Virus record (IMG/VR): IMGVR_UViG_3300025718_000137
Location: 1 to 26,235 of that record
Direction: 5' to 3' (one strand)
Origin: a virus
Taxonomy: Duplodnaviria; Caudoviricetes
DNA length: 26,235 nt
Made by a program: the position numbers and the translations under genes. This document shows, piece by piece, positions 1-8,251 of this stretch (position 1 is the stretch's first letter; every line of letters begins with the position of its first letter). The notes beneath the pieces are model-generated. The model was not told where the DNA came from, made no database searches, and saw nothing but the letters and a program-made list of their open reading frames with translations.

Positions 1-1
1 C

Positions 2-235
2 CGCTTCGGACTCTGGATCGCATTCCACGTCTTCACCCAGGACCGCTACCTCGATGCGGTGCGCCTCTGCGTCGAGCGCGAGGCGGATAAGCGCAGCATA
101 GTGATCCCCTGGACCAAGGACCTGGAGTTCGAGGCCATCCAGTGGTCGCATGACAAGACCAAGCGCTGCGGAAGGACCGCTTTCCAGTTCTCCAAAAACT
201 GGGTTGGCGGATATTTACTTAAACAAAACGGATAG
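2..235 (+). CDS. 3' end (partial) of host DUF815/COG2607-type AAA+ ATPase
   Basis: Frame 2 is open from the window edge to TAG 233-235: RFGLWIAFHVFTQDRYLDAV...EAIQWSHDKTKRCGRTAFQFSKNWVG, resembling the RFGLW...RSGR-A-QF C-terminus of DUF815. Not in the ORF track. Confidence 0.8.
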   Translation, partial: RFGLWIAFHVFTQDRYLDAVRLCVEREADKRSIVIPWTKDLEFEAIQWSHDKTKRCGRTAFQFSKNWVGGYLLKQNG

Positions 236-243
236 TTATAAGA

Positions 244-1287
244 TTATTTCTTGGATACGGTATCAAATGGGTTCATCTTACGCATTTCGCTTATCAGGTG
301 AGTGGCTGCGAGATGGGTGTAGATCATCGTGGTCTGCACGTCGGAATGCCCCATCATCTGCTGTTGCGCCTGGATCGTCATCCCCGACTCTGCCGCACCT
401 GTTCCGAAACCATGTCGGAGCAGGTGTGGGTAGATCCTCATATTAATCCCCGCTGCCTTCGCCGCATACCTCAAGCTGTCCCGTACGTTCCGGTAAGGGT
501 TTTTCGTCACTGGGTTGATCCATAGGAACCCAGTCTTTACTTCTTCAATCTTCCGCTTCAGTTCCTCCAGGAGGCCCGGGTGCTGGACCGGGACGATCCG
601 CTGCTTGCTCCCCTTCCCCATGATCACGATCAGCCCGCGCTCCAGGAACACACACTCGGCGGTAATGTTGAGCGCCTCTGCCCGCCGCAGACCTGCGTAG
701 AACTCCAGCATGGCGATACCTCTAACCTCCGGCCTCACTTTGGCGATGATCGCCTCGAATTCGGCACGTGTCGGCATCACAGGTAGGGCAGAGCGGGTCA
801 TCTTGGGGGGGAATTGCTCACATTTCATGGCCGAGGCTACCAGGTTCTTTTTGGCCGCCCAGGTGAAGAACACGTTGAGGTGGAACAACTCGTTGTTGAT
901 GCTAGCCGGCTTGATGCCTTCGGCTGTCCTAGCGCGCTTGTAGTGGTCAATAGTGTCCGTCCCGATCGCCGTGAGGGGGAGTTTCCCCATGTACTGGCAG
1001 AGTCGGTTCAGGTTACGAGTCGCGGCCTCGACGGTGAGAGGAGCCCGGTCGAGCTTATACCATTCGAAGAATTCCGGCAGGCAGCGCTCCATCTGGGCGT
1101 TGACGGCTATGGGGGTTTTACGGGCTTTACTGCGCAGCCCGCGCTCGTGATCCATTGCCTCGGCCTTCGTTCCTTCGAAGACTTTGGTTTCCTTCCCTCC
1201 CTTTTTGCCAAGGGGATAATAGACCACCTGCCAGAATCGCGTAACGGCGAGATTCTTATTTTTTGTGGGATGTGGGTTTACGCTCAT
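244..1287 (-). CDS. int: Phage tyrosine integrase
   Basis: Catalytic residues in GLRRAE (R), GKGSKQR (K), HLLRH (H-x-x-R), MGHSD (H), TMIYTH (Y). No IntI-type insertion between the Lys region and box II. Confidence 0.95.
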   Translation of the reverse strand: MSVNPHPTKNKNLAVTRFWQVVYYPLGKKGGKETKVFEGTKAEAMDHERGLRSKARKTPIAVNAQMERCLPEFFEWYKLDRAPLTVEAATRNLNRLCQYMGKLPLTAIGTDTIDHYKRARTAEGIKPASINNELFHLNVFFTWAAKKNLVASAMKCEQFPPKMTRSALPVMPTRAEFEAIIAKVRPEVRGIAMLEFYAGLRRAEALNITAECVFLERGLIVIMGKGSKQRIVPVQHPGLLEELKRKIEEVKTGFLWINPVTKNPYRNVRDSLRYAAKAAGINMRIYPHLLRHGFGTGAAESGMTIQAQQQMMGHSDVQTTMIYTHLAATHLISEMRKMNPFDTVSKK

Positions 1288-1544
1288 TCTGTCTGTCCGT
1301 CTTCTTTTTTCTTCATAGCCACGATTTGATCATGCAGGGAAGGCATGGCACCCTTGGGTCGGTTTTCTACCGCATCTTTGCCTGGGGATAGGGATTTGTG
1401 ATGGACCTCAGCTTGACATATCCGTGCAAGTATTCCGACAAGGCACCCTATGCAAATTATACCGGGCCCCATTGTTGATTGAGACAAAGAGAAAAAGCCG
1501 AATATTCCGGCTAAAACCGCGATAGCTATAAGGTATGGAAACAT
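1284..1544 (-). CDS. Small membrane protein (two hydrophobic segments)
   Basis: 86 aa, two N-terminal hydrophobic stretches; stop overlaps the integrase start by 4 nt. Confidence 0.7.
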   Translation of the reverse strand: MFPYLIAIAVLAGIFGFFSLSQSTMGPGIICIGCLVGILARICQAEVHHKSLSPGKDAVENRPKGAMPSLHDQIVAMKKKEDGQTE

Positions 1545-1594
1545 TTCTTCTCCATTATGAGTCGACAGTCCGGTCAGATCAATTTCGAATGCAC

Positions 1595-1636
1595 GGCCTA
1601 GACCATCTAGAGGTAATCCTTGAGATGGTCTAGGCC
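1595..1636. repeat. 14-bp perfect inverted repeat (hairpin)
   Basis: GGCCTAGACCATCT (1595-1608) / AGATGGTCTAGGCC (1623-1636), just past the stop of the 1645-2220 gene; no U-tract. Confidence 0.8.
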
Positions 1637-1644
1637 AATCTCGA

Positions 1645-2220
1645 TTACCGCAACGCCATCATTTCAAGGTATGCCGTTGCATCCTCACCAGATTTGCCTG
1701 CACAGTACTTATTCCACTTGCTGCCAAAACCATCCATTTCGCTTGTTTTAATATTATCCCCGTACATGACTGCTCGTAGTCTATTCATCCCGCCAAAACC
1801 GTTTTGAGTCCTATATTCATAACAAACAGATCCGTTTTGCATTATTAATCCTGATTCGAGTTTGAAACTATCGGGATTTCTGACAGCATTCCTGATTGTA
1901 GTGATGCCTGCGATCGCGCGAACCTGATTATTCTCATTGCTCTGTTTTTGCTGGGTGCCTTTTATTTGCGCGGTCTTCTGCGCCCTTTCTGCTCGGATAT
2001 TTACCTCTTCGATCTTTTTATATAGTTTTTGCGCTTCTTTATATTCTTTAGCTTGTTTTGCTATGGCATCTAAATGCATTTTAGCCGGAACTACAGCTTT
2101 TTTTGTTATAGCATCCTTAGCGTATCTAAGATGCTCAGCGGAAGTCATTTTATCGAAATGTTCCCCTGCGCATACGGGGGCAGCTATAAGTAGAAGACCG
2201 AAAATTATAATATTTTTCAT
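1645..2220 (-). CDS. Secreted/periplasmic hypothetical protein (possible lysogenic conversion gene)
   Basis: Signal peptide MKNIIIFGLLLIAAPVCA; GGAG RBS; AT-rich; downstream of the repressor on the same strand. Confidence 0.75.
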   Translation of the reverse strand: MKNIIIFGLLLIAAPVCAGEHFDKMTSAEHLRYAKDAITKKAVVPAKMHLDAIAKQAKEYKEAQKLYKKIEEVNIRAERAQKTAQIKGTQQKQSNENNQVRAIAGITTIRNAVRNPDSFKLESGLIMQNGSVCYEYRTQNGFGGMNRLRAVMYGDNIKTSEMDGFGSKWNKYCAGKSGEDATAYLEMMALR

Positions 2221-2256
2221 GGTGGCTCCTCGATCAGGTTTTGATGTTCAATAAAT

Positions 2257-2955
2257 TTACGCCATTTTTATAACAGCAACAACCCTGCCTGCTATAGCAA
2301 TCCCTTCACCCGATAAATCAGATAAATGGATATCCCGGCTCCAACCTGTGGGGTTGTCCGAGGCAATCCTGATCGTCTCCCTGGACAGCCGCTGCATGCG
2401 CTTAACTACTGTCGTCTCATCAATCTGGAGAATATAGGCAGCCCCGTCTTTGGTAAGGGATCTGTCCGACACGTCAACGATCATCACATCGCCGGGGACG
2501 ATATAAGGGCTCATGCTGTCGCCTGAGGCCCGCAATGATGCCAAGCCTAGCCCTGAGTTACCAAACTGGATCTTCGCATATTCTTGGGAGAATGACAGGT
2601 AGCTTTCGACTTCTTCGTAACCGTTGATAGAACCCGGGCCGCCCTGCGCGACAGCATTGTAAAGCGGGACACGGATATACTCCCCTCCAAGAGGCGTTTC
2701 GTCTTGTCGATTGTCTTGCCTGCCCACTGGCTGCTGGCTAAACATCTCCCCTTTGCCTGTTTCGAGAAAATTTCTGTTCACTCGATATTTTAATTCCATT
2801 TGACGCATCACTGGCTCAGACGGAGTAGAGCCGCCTCGCTCGATATCGGAAACATAAACACCTGTAATGCCGAGTGGCTCTGCAAACTGAGTTTGCGTAA
2901 GCCTCAAGAATTTACGTACGACTCTAAGGTTTTTACCGAATATTTCTCTATTCAC
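2257..2955 (-). CDS. CI/LexA-like repressor (XRE HTH + S24 peptidase)
   Basis: HTH LRLTQTQFAEPLGITGVYVSDIERG; GDSMSP (Ser) and VVKRM (Lys). Start placed at GTG 2955 because the longer ORF start would run through the promoter/operator. Confidence 0.9.
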   Translation of the reverse strand: MNREIFGKNLRVVRKFLRLTQTQFAEPLGITGVYVSDIERGGSTPSEPVMRQMELKYRVNRNFLETGKGEMFSQQPVGRQDNRQDETPLGGEYIRVPLYNAVAQGGPGSINGYEEVESYLSFSQEYAKIQFGNSGLGLASLRASGDSMSPYIVPGDVMIVDVSDRSLTKDGAAYILQIDETTVVKRMQRLSRETIRIASDNPTGWSRDIHLSDLSGEGIAIAGRVVAVIKMA

Positions 2956-2968
2956 AATAATTTCTCTC

Positions 2969-2997
2969 TTGACAATTCTAGTGACTAGAATTATCCT
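2969..2997 (+). promoter_or_regulatory. Rightward sigma70 promoter with palindromic operator in the spacer
   Basis: TTGACA (2969-2974), 17 nt, TATCCT (2992-2997); palindrome AATTCTAGT-G-ACTAGAATT at 2974-2992. Confidence 0.8.
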
Positions 2998-3352
2998 GAC
3001 TTTGCAGTTTAACGAAATAACGTAATTTAAAATCCGGTTGCCGCCGGAGTTCGGGAAACACGAAACGATAAGCAATTGCTAATTTGGTAGATCTGTGGCG
3101 CTGGCTGCAACTATCTCTGCGTCGACAAGGAACAGGTGGGTTATGGCATTTGTGCGTAGAACTAGAATCCTAAGACTGTTCGGCCTTCCAATCTTGCGAG
3201 AGGACATTTGCCGGATTAGCCATGGCTCTAAGTTTCGGAACGGTGGACGTTCGTGCCTGCGCATTATTCCGCCCCGCGCCTCAACTCTGACAACTCAAGA
3301 CGTCGAAGCGACCGTAATGGCCATCCTGAGAGAACAAACTAGGCCGGGTGGG

Positions 3353-3562
3353 CTACTTTACCAGGATTTCCAGTGCTCTCCGGACCGCCATTGACTCAAT
3401 TTCTGCAAGGGTCAGGCTCTTAATGTCAGAGGCCTCGATGCTAACTGTAATTGTGCCGTCCGTTAATTCAGGGTATTCGTCCGCTGTAATGGCAAGAGTG
3501 GCTTCGATAGTGTTTTGGTGTGCGCGAAACTTGTGTGTCACCTGCCATAGAACGAGTTGCAT
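3353..3562 (-). CDS. Hypothetical protein
   Basis: 69 aa, AGGGGAG RBS before ATG, plausible composition. Confidence 0.55.
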   Translation of the reverse strand: MQLVLWQVTHKFRAHQNTIEATLAITADEYPELTDGTITVSIEASDIKSLTLAEIESMAVRRALEILVK

Positions 3563-3622
3563 AGAGTTCTCCCCTGTTAACTATTTAACATAATCGCATA
3601 ACAGATATGAGCGGGAAAGACA

Positions 3623-3874
3623 ATGGAAAAAGAAAAACCCTTAACAATCGACGCCGTTTTGACCAAGGGGAAAATCAAGGCAGACGGGCGAACTCCAATG
3701 TCGTGGTCGAGGATGAAGGGCATCCCCGCAGGGACCATGCAGAGGATCATCAACGGCTCCTACCCGCACACTGACGAGCTAAGCACCGAATACCAGCGCA
3801 TTCTCAAGCTTTTGAAGGTAGACGGGTATCTTGTCGAGGCTAACCGCCGCAAATTAGACAGGAGGGCAGCATGA
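3623..3874 (+). CDS. Cro/Ner-like small DNA-binding protein
   Basis: HTH-like TPMSWSRMKGIPAGTMQRIING; divergent from repressor; ATGA-coupled to the next gene. Confidence 0.65.
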   Translation: MEKEKPLTIDAVLTKGKIKADGRTPMSWSRMKGIPAGTMQRIINGSYPHTDELSTEYQRILKLLKVDGYLVEANRRKLDRRAA

Positions 3875-4419
3875 ATACGGGAACGCTTCTGAAAACGGCT
3901 CGCCACCGCGCAGGCCTCACGCTGACCGAACTCGCCGAGAAGACAGGATCCTCGCCGGCGGTGATCTGCGACGTTGAGAACGGCAAGCGCAAGTCGAGCC
4001 CCACCCCCCTGGAGATGGTTGCTTTCAGTGATGCCCTCCACGACACGAAACTGCTCTCCGATTACTGCGACCGCTGCCCGGTCCGCTCGCGTATCCTCCC
4101 ACGCAAATTCCTCCCGCTGAATAATGTCCTGGTGAACGCCCACGCCTCTGCGATCAAGACGGCCCAGAAGTTCTCTGAGGCGGCCGAGATGTCCCAGACC
4201 ATGGTCAGCAAGATGCTTAAAAAGGATTTCCAGGCGGACCCCGAATTCCTCGAATACCGGGACCACGCGATTATCAAGATCCTCGACGCCAAGCGCGGGG
4301 CAGAGATCCTCCTAGACCAGCTGCAGGGCCTCGGCATTGTCACGGCGGACGACCTCCGCGTTCTGGTATCGGCGCAGCAGATGATGTGCGTGGCTAAGGG
4401 CCACCACATCGAGGACTAG
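3871..4419 (+). CDS. XRE-family HTH regulator (CII-like position)
   Basis: LKTARHRAGLTLTELAEKTGSSPAVICDVENG; central YCDRCP. Confidence 0.85.
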   Translation: MNTGTLLKTARHRAGLTLTELAEKTGSSPAVICDVENGKRKSSPTPLEMVAFSDALHDTKLLSDYCDRCPVRSRILPRKFLPLNNVLVNAHASAIKTAQKFSEAAEMSQTMVSKMLKKDFQADPEFLEYRDHAIIKILDAKRGAEILLDQLQGLGIVTADDLRVLVSAQQMMCVAKGHHIED

Positions 4420-4466
4420 GTGACCGGTGCTATGACCACATCCGACCTTGCAGAGATAGAGGCCTA

Positions 4467-4688
4467 ATGCTTATGAACCAGTCGGAACTCAAATTTATTG
4501 CTGCCGAGCTTTTCCGGCTGATGAAGGATGAAGGTCTGACCTTTTCAGGAGGAAGCGTACCCCTGGCCCAGCCGTCGACTAGGCAGCAGAGGATAGATCT
4601 TGAGTATGACCAGGACGTAGCGAAGGCTGTAGCCAGGATGGAAAGAAAGGCGCAGGCGACCAAGTCGTCGGCTCGCGGGCAGCAGTGA
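4467..4688 (+). CDS. Hypothetical protein
   Basis: 73-aa ORF in the dense plus-strand operon. Confidence 0.55.
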   Translation: MLMNQSELKFIAAELFRLMKDEGLTFSGGSVPLAQPSTRQQRIDLEYDQDVAKAVARMERKAQATKSSARGQQ

Positions 4689-4720
4689 CCCTAGGTAGAC
4701 GCATAAAGGGAGGTGTGGTT

Positions 4721-4966
4721 ATGAAAACTTCAGTCCAGGCAGGAGCTGACAAACTTTTGCTCGAAACTATGCAACGCCTTACTACAACCTTGCGCGAAGA
4801 AAAGGACTCAACAACCCGGCTGCAGATTCGTGGCGAAATGCGTGGGATTCGTTCTGCCTTTGTAACTGTTTTTGGCACGGATAACCCCTTTTACCGCGAA
4901 ATAGTCCAGGTAGATACCTCAGCGACAAATTCCGTCTACAAAATTACTCAGCCAGTATCTGGGTAG
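4721..4966 (+). CDS. Hypothetical protein
   Basis: GGAGG RBS before ATG 4721. Confidence 0.6.
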   Translation: MKTSVQAGADKLLLETMQRLTTTLREEKDSTTRLQIRGEMRGIRSAFVTVFGTDNPFYREIVQVDTSATNSVYKITQPVSG

Positions 4967-5030
4967 CAGCAAGGTGGGGAAGGTCGGCGTAACTGGTGGC
5001 TTGTTATTTATTGGTAGGGGGAGGGGAGAT

Positions 5031-5198
5031 ATGAAGAGCTTGCATCTGCTGGCATGGGTCGCTTTGCTTACCATCATTGGGATCGCGGGAGCCACCGCAA
5101 CCTATCTTGCCGTTGGGCCTATAACCGGCCCGTCCAGAGTCAAAATCCCCGAAATACATGGCGCATGTAAATACCAGGCGCTGGCGGTGCTCCGATGA
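5031..5198 (+). CDS. Small membrane protein
   Basis: Purine-rich RBS, one hydrophobic segment, ATGA overlap with the next ORF. Confidence 0.55.
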   Translation: MKSLHLLAWVALLTIIGIAGATATYLAVGPITGPSRVKIPEIHGACKYQALAVLR

Positions 5199-5392
5199 TC
5201 CGGGCGCCTTTCCTCCGCGGCCGGAGAAGTGAGTATCCCGAAATGGATCTTCCTGAAGGCTCGACCTGCGGTGATTGCCACTGGTCAGAGAAGTGCTGCA
5301 CGATTTACGCAAGGATTCCCGAGGACGAGGTCTGCGACTGGGTACCGAGCAGGTTTGTTACCAAGACCGGCACCAGGGCGGTCTGCCAATGA
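5195..5392 (+). CDS. Small Cys-rich protein
   Basis: CGDC...CC...C; ATGA overlaps at both ends. Confidence 0.6.
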   Translation: MIRAPFLRGRRSEYPEMDLPEGSTCGDCHWSEKCCTIYARIPEDEVCDWVPSRFVTKTGTRAVCQ

Positions 5393-5556
5393 CCGAATGC
5401 TCCTGGTGCGGCACCACCCTTACCGGTCTGGATGCGGAAGGCAATGCAAGGCTGTCGAACGGGATCTGCCTCAGTTGCTTGGCTCGCCACTTTCCAGGCA
5501 TCCTTCCCCGGTTCATGGAGGCACGAAAATGCAATGTCAGTGTGGCGGGTGGGTAA
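5389..5556 (+). CDS. Small zinc-finger-like protein
   Basis: MTECSWCG...GICLSC (two CxxC); ATGA-coupled start. Confidence 0.65.
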   Translation: MTECSWCGTTLTGLDAEGNARLSNGICLSCLARHFPGILPRFMEARKCNVSVAGG

Positions 5557-5714
5557 GAGCGGACCTGGTCGAGTTCGCCGGCAAGAAAGTTGTGGGCCTC
5601 GTATGCAACGGCCCCTGCGGCTATGCGGAACCGGTTCCTGATGGAAAGAAAACGAAGGAGGCAGTAATCGACCGCCTCGACGTGGGTCGTGTGGCGATGG
5701 GAAGGGTCTGGTAA
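5529..5714 (+). CDS. Small zinc-ribbon-like protein
   Basis: GGAGG RBS; MQCQCGG...CNGPCG. Confidence 0.6.
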   Translation: MQCQCGGWVRADLVEFAGKKVVGLVCNGPCGYAEPVPDGKKTKEAVIDRLDVGRVAMGRVW

Positions 5715-5732
5715 CCAAAATTCTCGAGGGGG

Positions 5733-5996
5733 ATGCCAATGGAGAGGGTCAAGGTTTTATCGAAAAACGATTTTGCAAAGTTCTGCGCCGAGTGTAACCA
5801 ACAGGAAGCTCAGGAACCCGTCTTCAATCTCATCTTCGCCACATCTAATCTACCTAAAAGACGCAACGAAAGCGCTGCGGACCAGGATTTCCTAGCTCGC
5901 CGTCTCTTTGCGGTGGACAGCGAGTCTGAAGGTGCCCAGAGGATCACTGCGGAGCTCGTCAAGAGTCTCGCAGGGCAGGATTCCGGAGGCCTCTAA
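5733..5996 (+). CDS. Hypothetical protein
   Basis: 87 aa, one CxxC; TAATG overlap with the next ORF. Confidence 0.55.
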   Translation: MPMERVKVLSKNDFAKFCAECNQQEAQEPVFNLIFATSNLPKRRNESAADQDFLARRLFAVDSESEGAQRITAELVKSLAGQDSGGL

Positions 5997-6154
5997 TGCT
6001 GATGCCCTGCCGGGATTGTGATGAATCGGGACGCTGCGACATCGAGGCTGAAAAGAGCCGGATGGCACTATTCGCCTGGGTGCATGGCGGGCTGATCAGT
6101 TGCGGCCTGCGGGTAGAGCGTGCCTGGCGTGGCATCAAGGGTGTGGCGGCATGA
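5996..6154 (+). CDS. Small Cys-containing protein (52 aa, not in ORF track)
   Basis: MLMPCRDCDESGRC...; GGAGG RBS, TAATG and ATGA coupling at its ends. Confidence 0.55.
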   Translation: MLMPCRDCDESGRCDIEAEKSRMALFAWVHGGLISCGLRVERAWRGIKGVAA

Positions 6155-6765
6155 TCAGGCTCGGTGAGTGTAAAAGGTTGAGCGCACGGATAACGGCGCT
6201 CCAGTGTGAACGGAATAGGTTGAGAATCATCACATGTCATGGCTGCTGCGGCCTGGTCGAATTCGTACAGGCCGTCATCCCTGTCCAGGAGGAGAGAAAG
6301 AAGATGTCCAAGCATTACTGCGGAAAAAAGAATTGCACTCGTGCCGTCAAAAATGAAGGCGACATGTGCTGGCAGCACAAGGGCCTGGAGGATCAGATCG
6401 CCGCAGGTTCGGTGGCCGCCGAGGTTGTCCATATCCCGCTCACACAGGAAGGCGTTGATTCTTTCTCTGCAGATACTGCCGAGGCAGTGATCGAGCGCGA
6501 GGTTGCAACGCCTGCGGCACCTGAAGCGGTCTATTCTGCACCCAAGTTGACCGGCCTCGCCGCTCTGCTTCGCACCCCCCCCCCTATCACACCTCTCGAC
6601 GGCCTGCTGATTCCCTTTTCCCGGGAAGAAATAATATCTCTAATCGAAGCCGAAGTAACTGCGGACCATATCCGCGAGCTCGTAATCATAGGCCTGTCAG
6701 TTGGCCTGATGGAGTTCAGCGACGAGGACCCGCTCGCGAAGAGCCGCTGCCATGCAGCTGGTTAA
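6151..6765 (+). CDS. Hypothetical protein with Cys/His-rich N-terminus
   Basis: ATGA-coupled start 6151; CHGCC and CGKKNC...CWQH motifs. Confidence 0.6.
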   Translation: MIRLGECKRLSARITALQCERNRLRIITCHGCCGLVEFVQAVIPVQEERKKMSKHYCGKKNCTRAVKNEGDMCWQHKGLEDQIAAGSVAAEVVHIPLTQEGVDSFSADTAEAVIEREVATPAAPEAVYSAPKLTGLAALLRTPPPITPLDGLLIPFSREEIISLIEAEVTADHIRELVIIGLSVGLMEFSDEDPLAKSRCHAAG

Positions 6766-6919
6766 GCCCGCCGAGGAGTATAAGCCCGATATTGGCCGCT
6801 CCCTAACCCCTGAAGAATTTGTCCAGGCGTGCCGGGAAGCGACCCATGTAAGCCAGATCAAGAGTCGATCCTGCTGGCGGGAGAGCAATAACGACCATTA
6901 CAGGCTCGGTCGGCGTTAA
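6752..6919 (+). CDS. Hypothetical protein (55 aa, not in ORF track)
   Basis: MQLVKPAEEYKPDIGRSLTPEEF... fills the gap between neighbours. Confidence 0.4.
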   Translation: MQLVKPAEEYKPDIGRSLTPEEFVQACREATHVSQIKSRSCWRESNNDHYRLGRR

Positions 6920-6933
6920 GCGGAGGATGCATC

Positions 6934-7173
6934 GTGAAGAAATGTGGCCGTAGCCAATGTGATGAGCGGGAATGTGAGCTGTGCGCCGTCGGTGAAGCTC
7001 CGGAGGTGAGCCAGCTCCTGGCGAAGATTTCTGAAATGGACCTAGAGCTGCTGATTCTCAAAGCCAAGGTCGCGCCGCTTATCCGTCTGGAAATGGCCGT
7101 ACGAAGCTGCTCAAAAGTCGACATGGTCGCTCGGGAGCTGTTAACGGCAATGGATGAACCTGCCGCGAATTGA
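6934..7173 (+). CDS. Hypothetical protein, Cys-rich N-terminus plus coiled coil
   Basis: GGAGG RBS, GTG start; CGRSQC...CELC followed by a heptad-like helix. Confidence 0.6.
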   Translation: MKKCGRSQCDERECELCAVGEAPEVSQLLAKISEMDLELLILKAKVAPLIRLEMAVRSCSKVDMVARELLTAMDEPAAN

Positions 7174-7210
7174 ATGAGTGAAGTAAATAATCTGAGTAAA
7201 GGAGATCTGG

Positions 7211-8179
7211 ATGGAAAACATGTCGAACGATGAGTTGAGGCAATTCGTGGAAGCCGAATCGGGCGGGAAGCAGACGGTGCTCTATACCTTCAAGGGGCAG
7301 GCGAGCTTCTTCAACGTTGTCGAGAGATTCAACCTCGAGGATCTGCACCCGTCGCCGGGTACCGGACCGCACCCGGCCTTCGTGGTCAACGGGATCGTCA
7401 AGGATCGCATCTACATCGCGACCTATCAGGCCGTGCTCCGGGATGGCGAGGCCGTATCGCTTCCCAACCAGGACCCGGCAACCAACATCGATTTTGACCA
7501 GGCGCGCACCGCCTGTCTCGCCGCCGGCCCCGGGTTCCACCTCCTGACCAACTGGGAGTGGGCCGCGATCGCGCTCTGGTGTGCCGCCAATGGCCACGAC
7601 GTGCACGGGAACACGAATTGTAGCAAGTCCCATTCTCATCCGGAAGAGAAGGGTGTTCGCGCTGCCCGCAGTTACGTCACGCTGACCGGATCCGGCCCCG
7701 GCTCCTGGCGCCACGATGGCACGGCTTCCGGCATCGCCGACCTGGTGGGGAACGTTTGGGAATGGGTCGATGGGCTCAAGCTTTCGGGTGGAGAGATCAC
7801 CATGGCCCTCGACAATGCGTTTGCTGCAGAAGAAAGCGACTGGACTAAAACCGGAGCAGTAGTAACCGGGACAGACGGCCTGGCTTTAGGCGGGAAAATT
7901 ACCAGGCGCGGATGGTCCAATAAGGCGTTTCGCGAGGTCTCTGCTTCGAACGGCTTTGAAGACGCCAAGTTCCTCAAGCGGGCGGCACTTTTGCCAGTAG
8001 AGGGTGTGAACCTGCCCGGTCATTACTGGGCTGACAATAGTGATGGTTTCGAGGCCTTGCCGATCCGTGGTGGCAACTGGCGCGACGGGTCGGGCGCTGG
8101 TCTCGGCGCCCTCATTCTGAGCGGTGAGCGCTCGTATTCGAGCTCGATCCTCGGCTTTCGGCCCGCTTTTATCGAATAA
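7211..8179 (+). CDS. DGR target protein 1 (CLec/FGE-sulfatase-like fold)
   Basis: LLTNWEW, DLVGNVWEW, RGGNW...LGFRP motifs; C-terminal VR matches TR. Confidence 0.92.
   Translation: MENMSNDELRQFVEAESGGKQTVLYTFKGQASFFNVVERFNLEDLHPSPGTGPHPAFVVNGIVKDRIYIATYQAVLRDGEAVSLPNQDPATNIDFDQARTACLAAGPGFHLLTNWEWAAIALWCAANGHDVHGNTNCSKSHSHPEEKGVRAARSYVTLTGSGPGSWRHDGTASGIADLVGNVWEWVDGLKLSGGEITMALDNAFAAEESDWTKTGAVVTGTDGLALGGKITRRGWSNKAFREVSASNGFEDAKFLKRAALLPVEGVNLPGHYWADNSDGFEALPIRGGNWRDGSGAGLGALILSGERSYSSSILGFRPAFIE
8057..8167 (+). repeat. DGR variable repeat VR1
   Basis: 111 nt ungapped against TR 9625-9735; 14 mismatches, 13 at TR adenines. Confidence 0.95.
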
Positions 8180-8251
8180 TCCGGGGTCTGTTTTTCTGTT
8201 TATCTGAATGGTTTTAACCTCTGCAGCACATATCTGACAAAAGGAGACATC

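Noticed and set aside
244-1287. Integrase as the integron integrase for the attC-like sites
   Set aside because: Lacks the IntI-specific insertion and sits at the prophage boundary like an ordinary phage integrase.
2956-3075. N-terminal 40-aa extension of the repressor ORF
   Set aside because: Overlaps the promoter/operator; the HTH begins right after GTG 2955.
3095-3394. 99-aa plus-strand ORF ending RPGGLLY
   Set aside because: Start unclear and it overlaps the better supported 3353-3562 gene; cannot be excluded.
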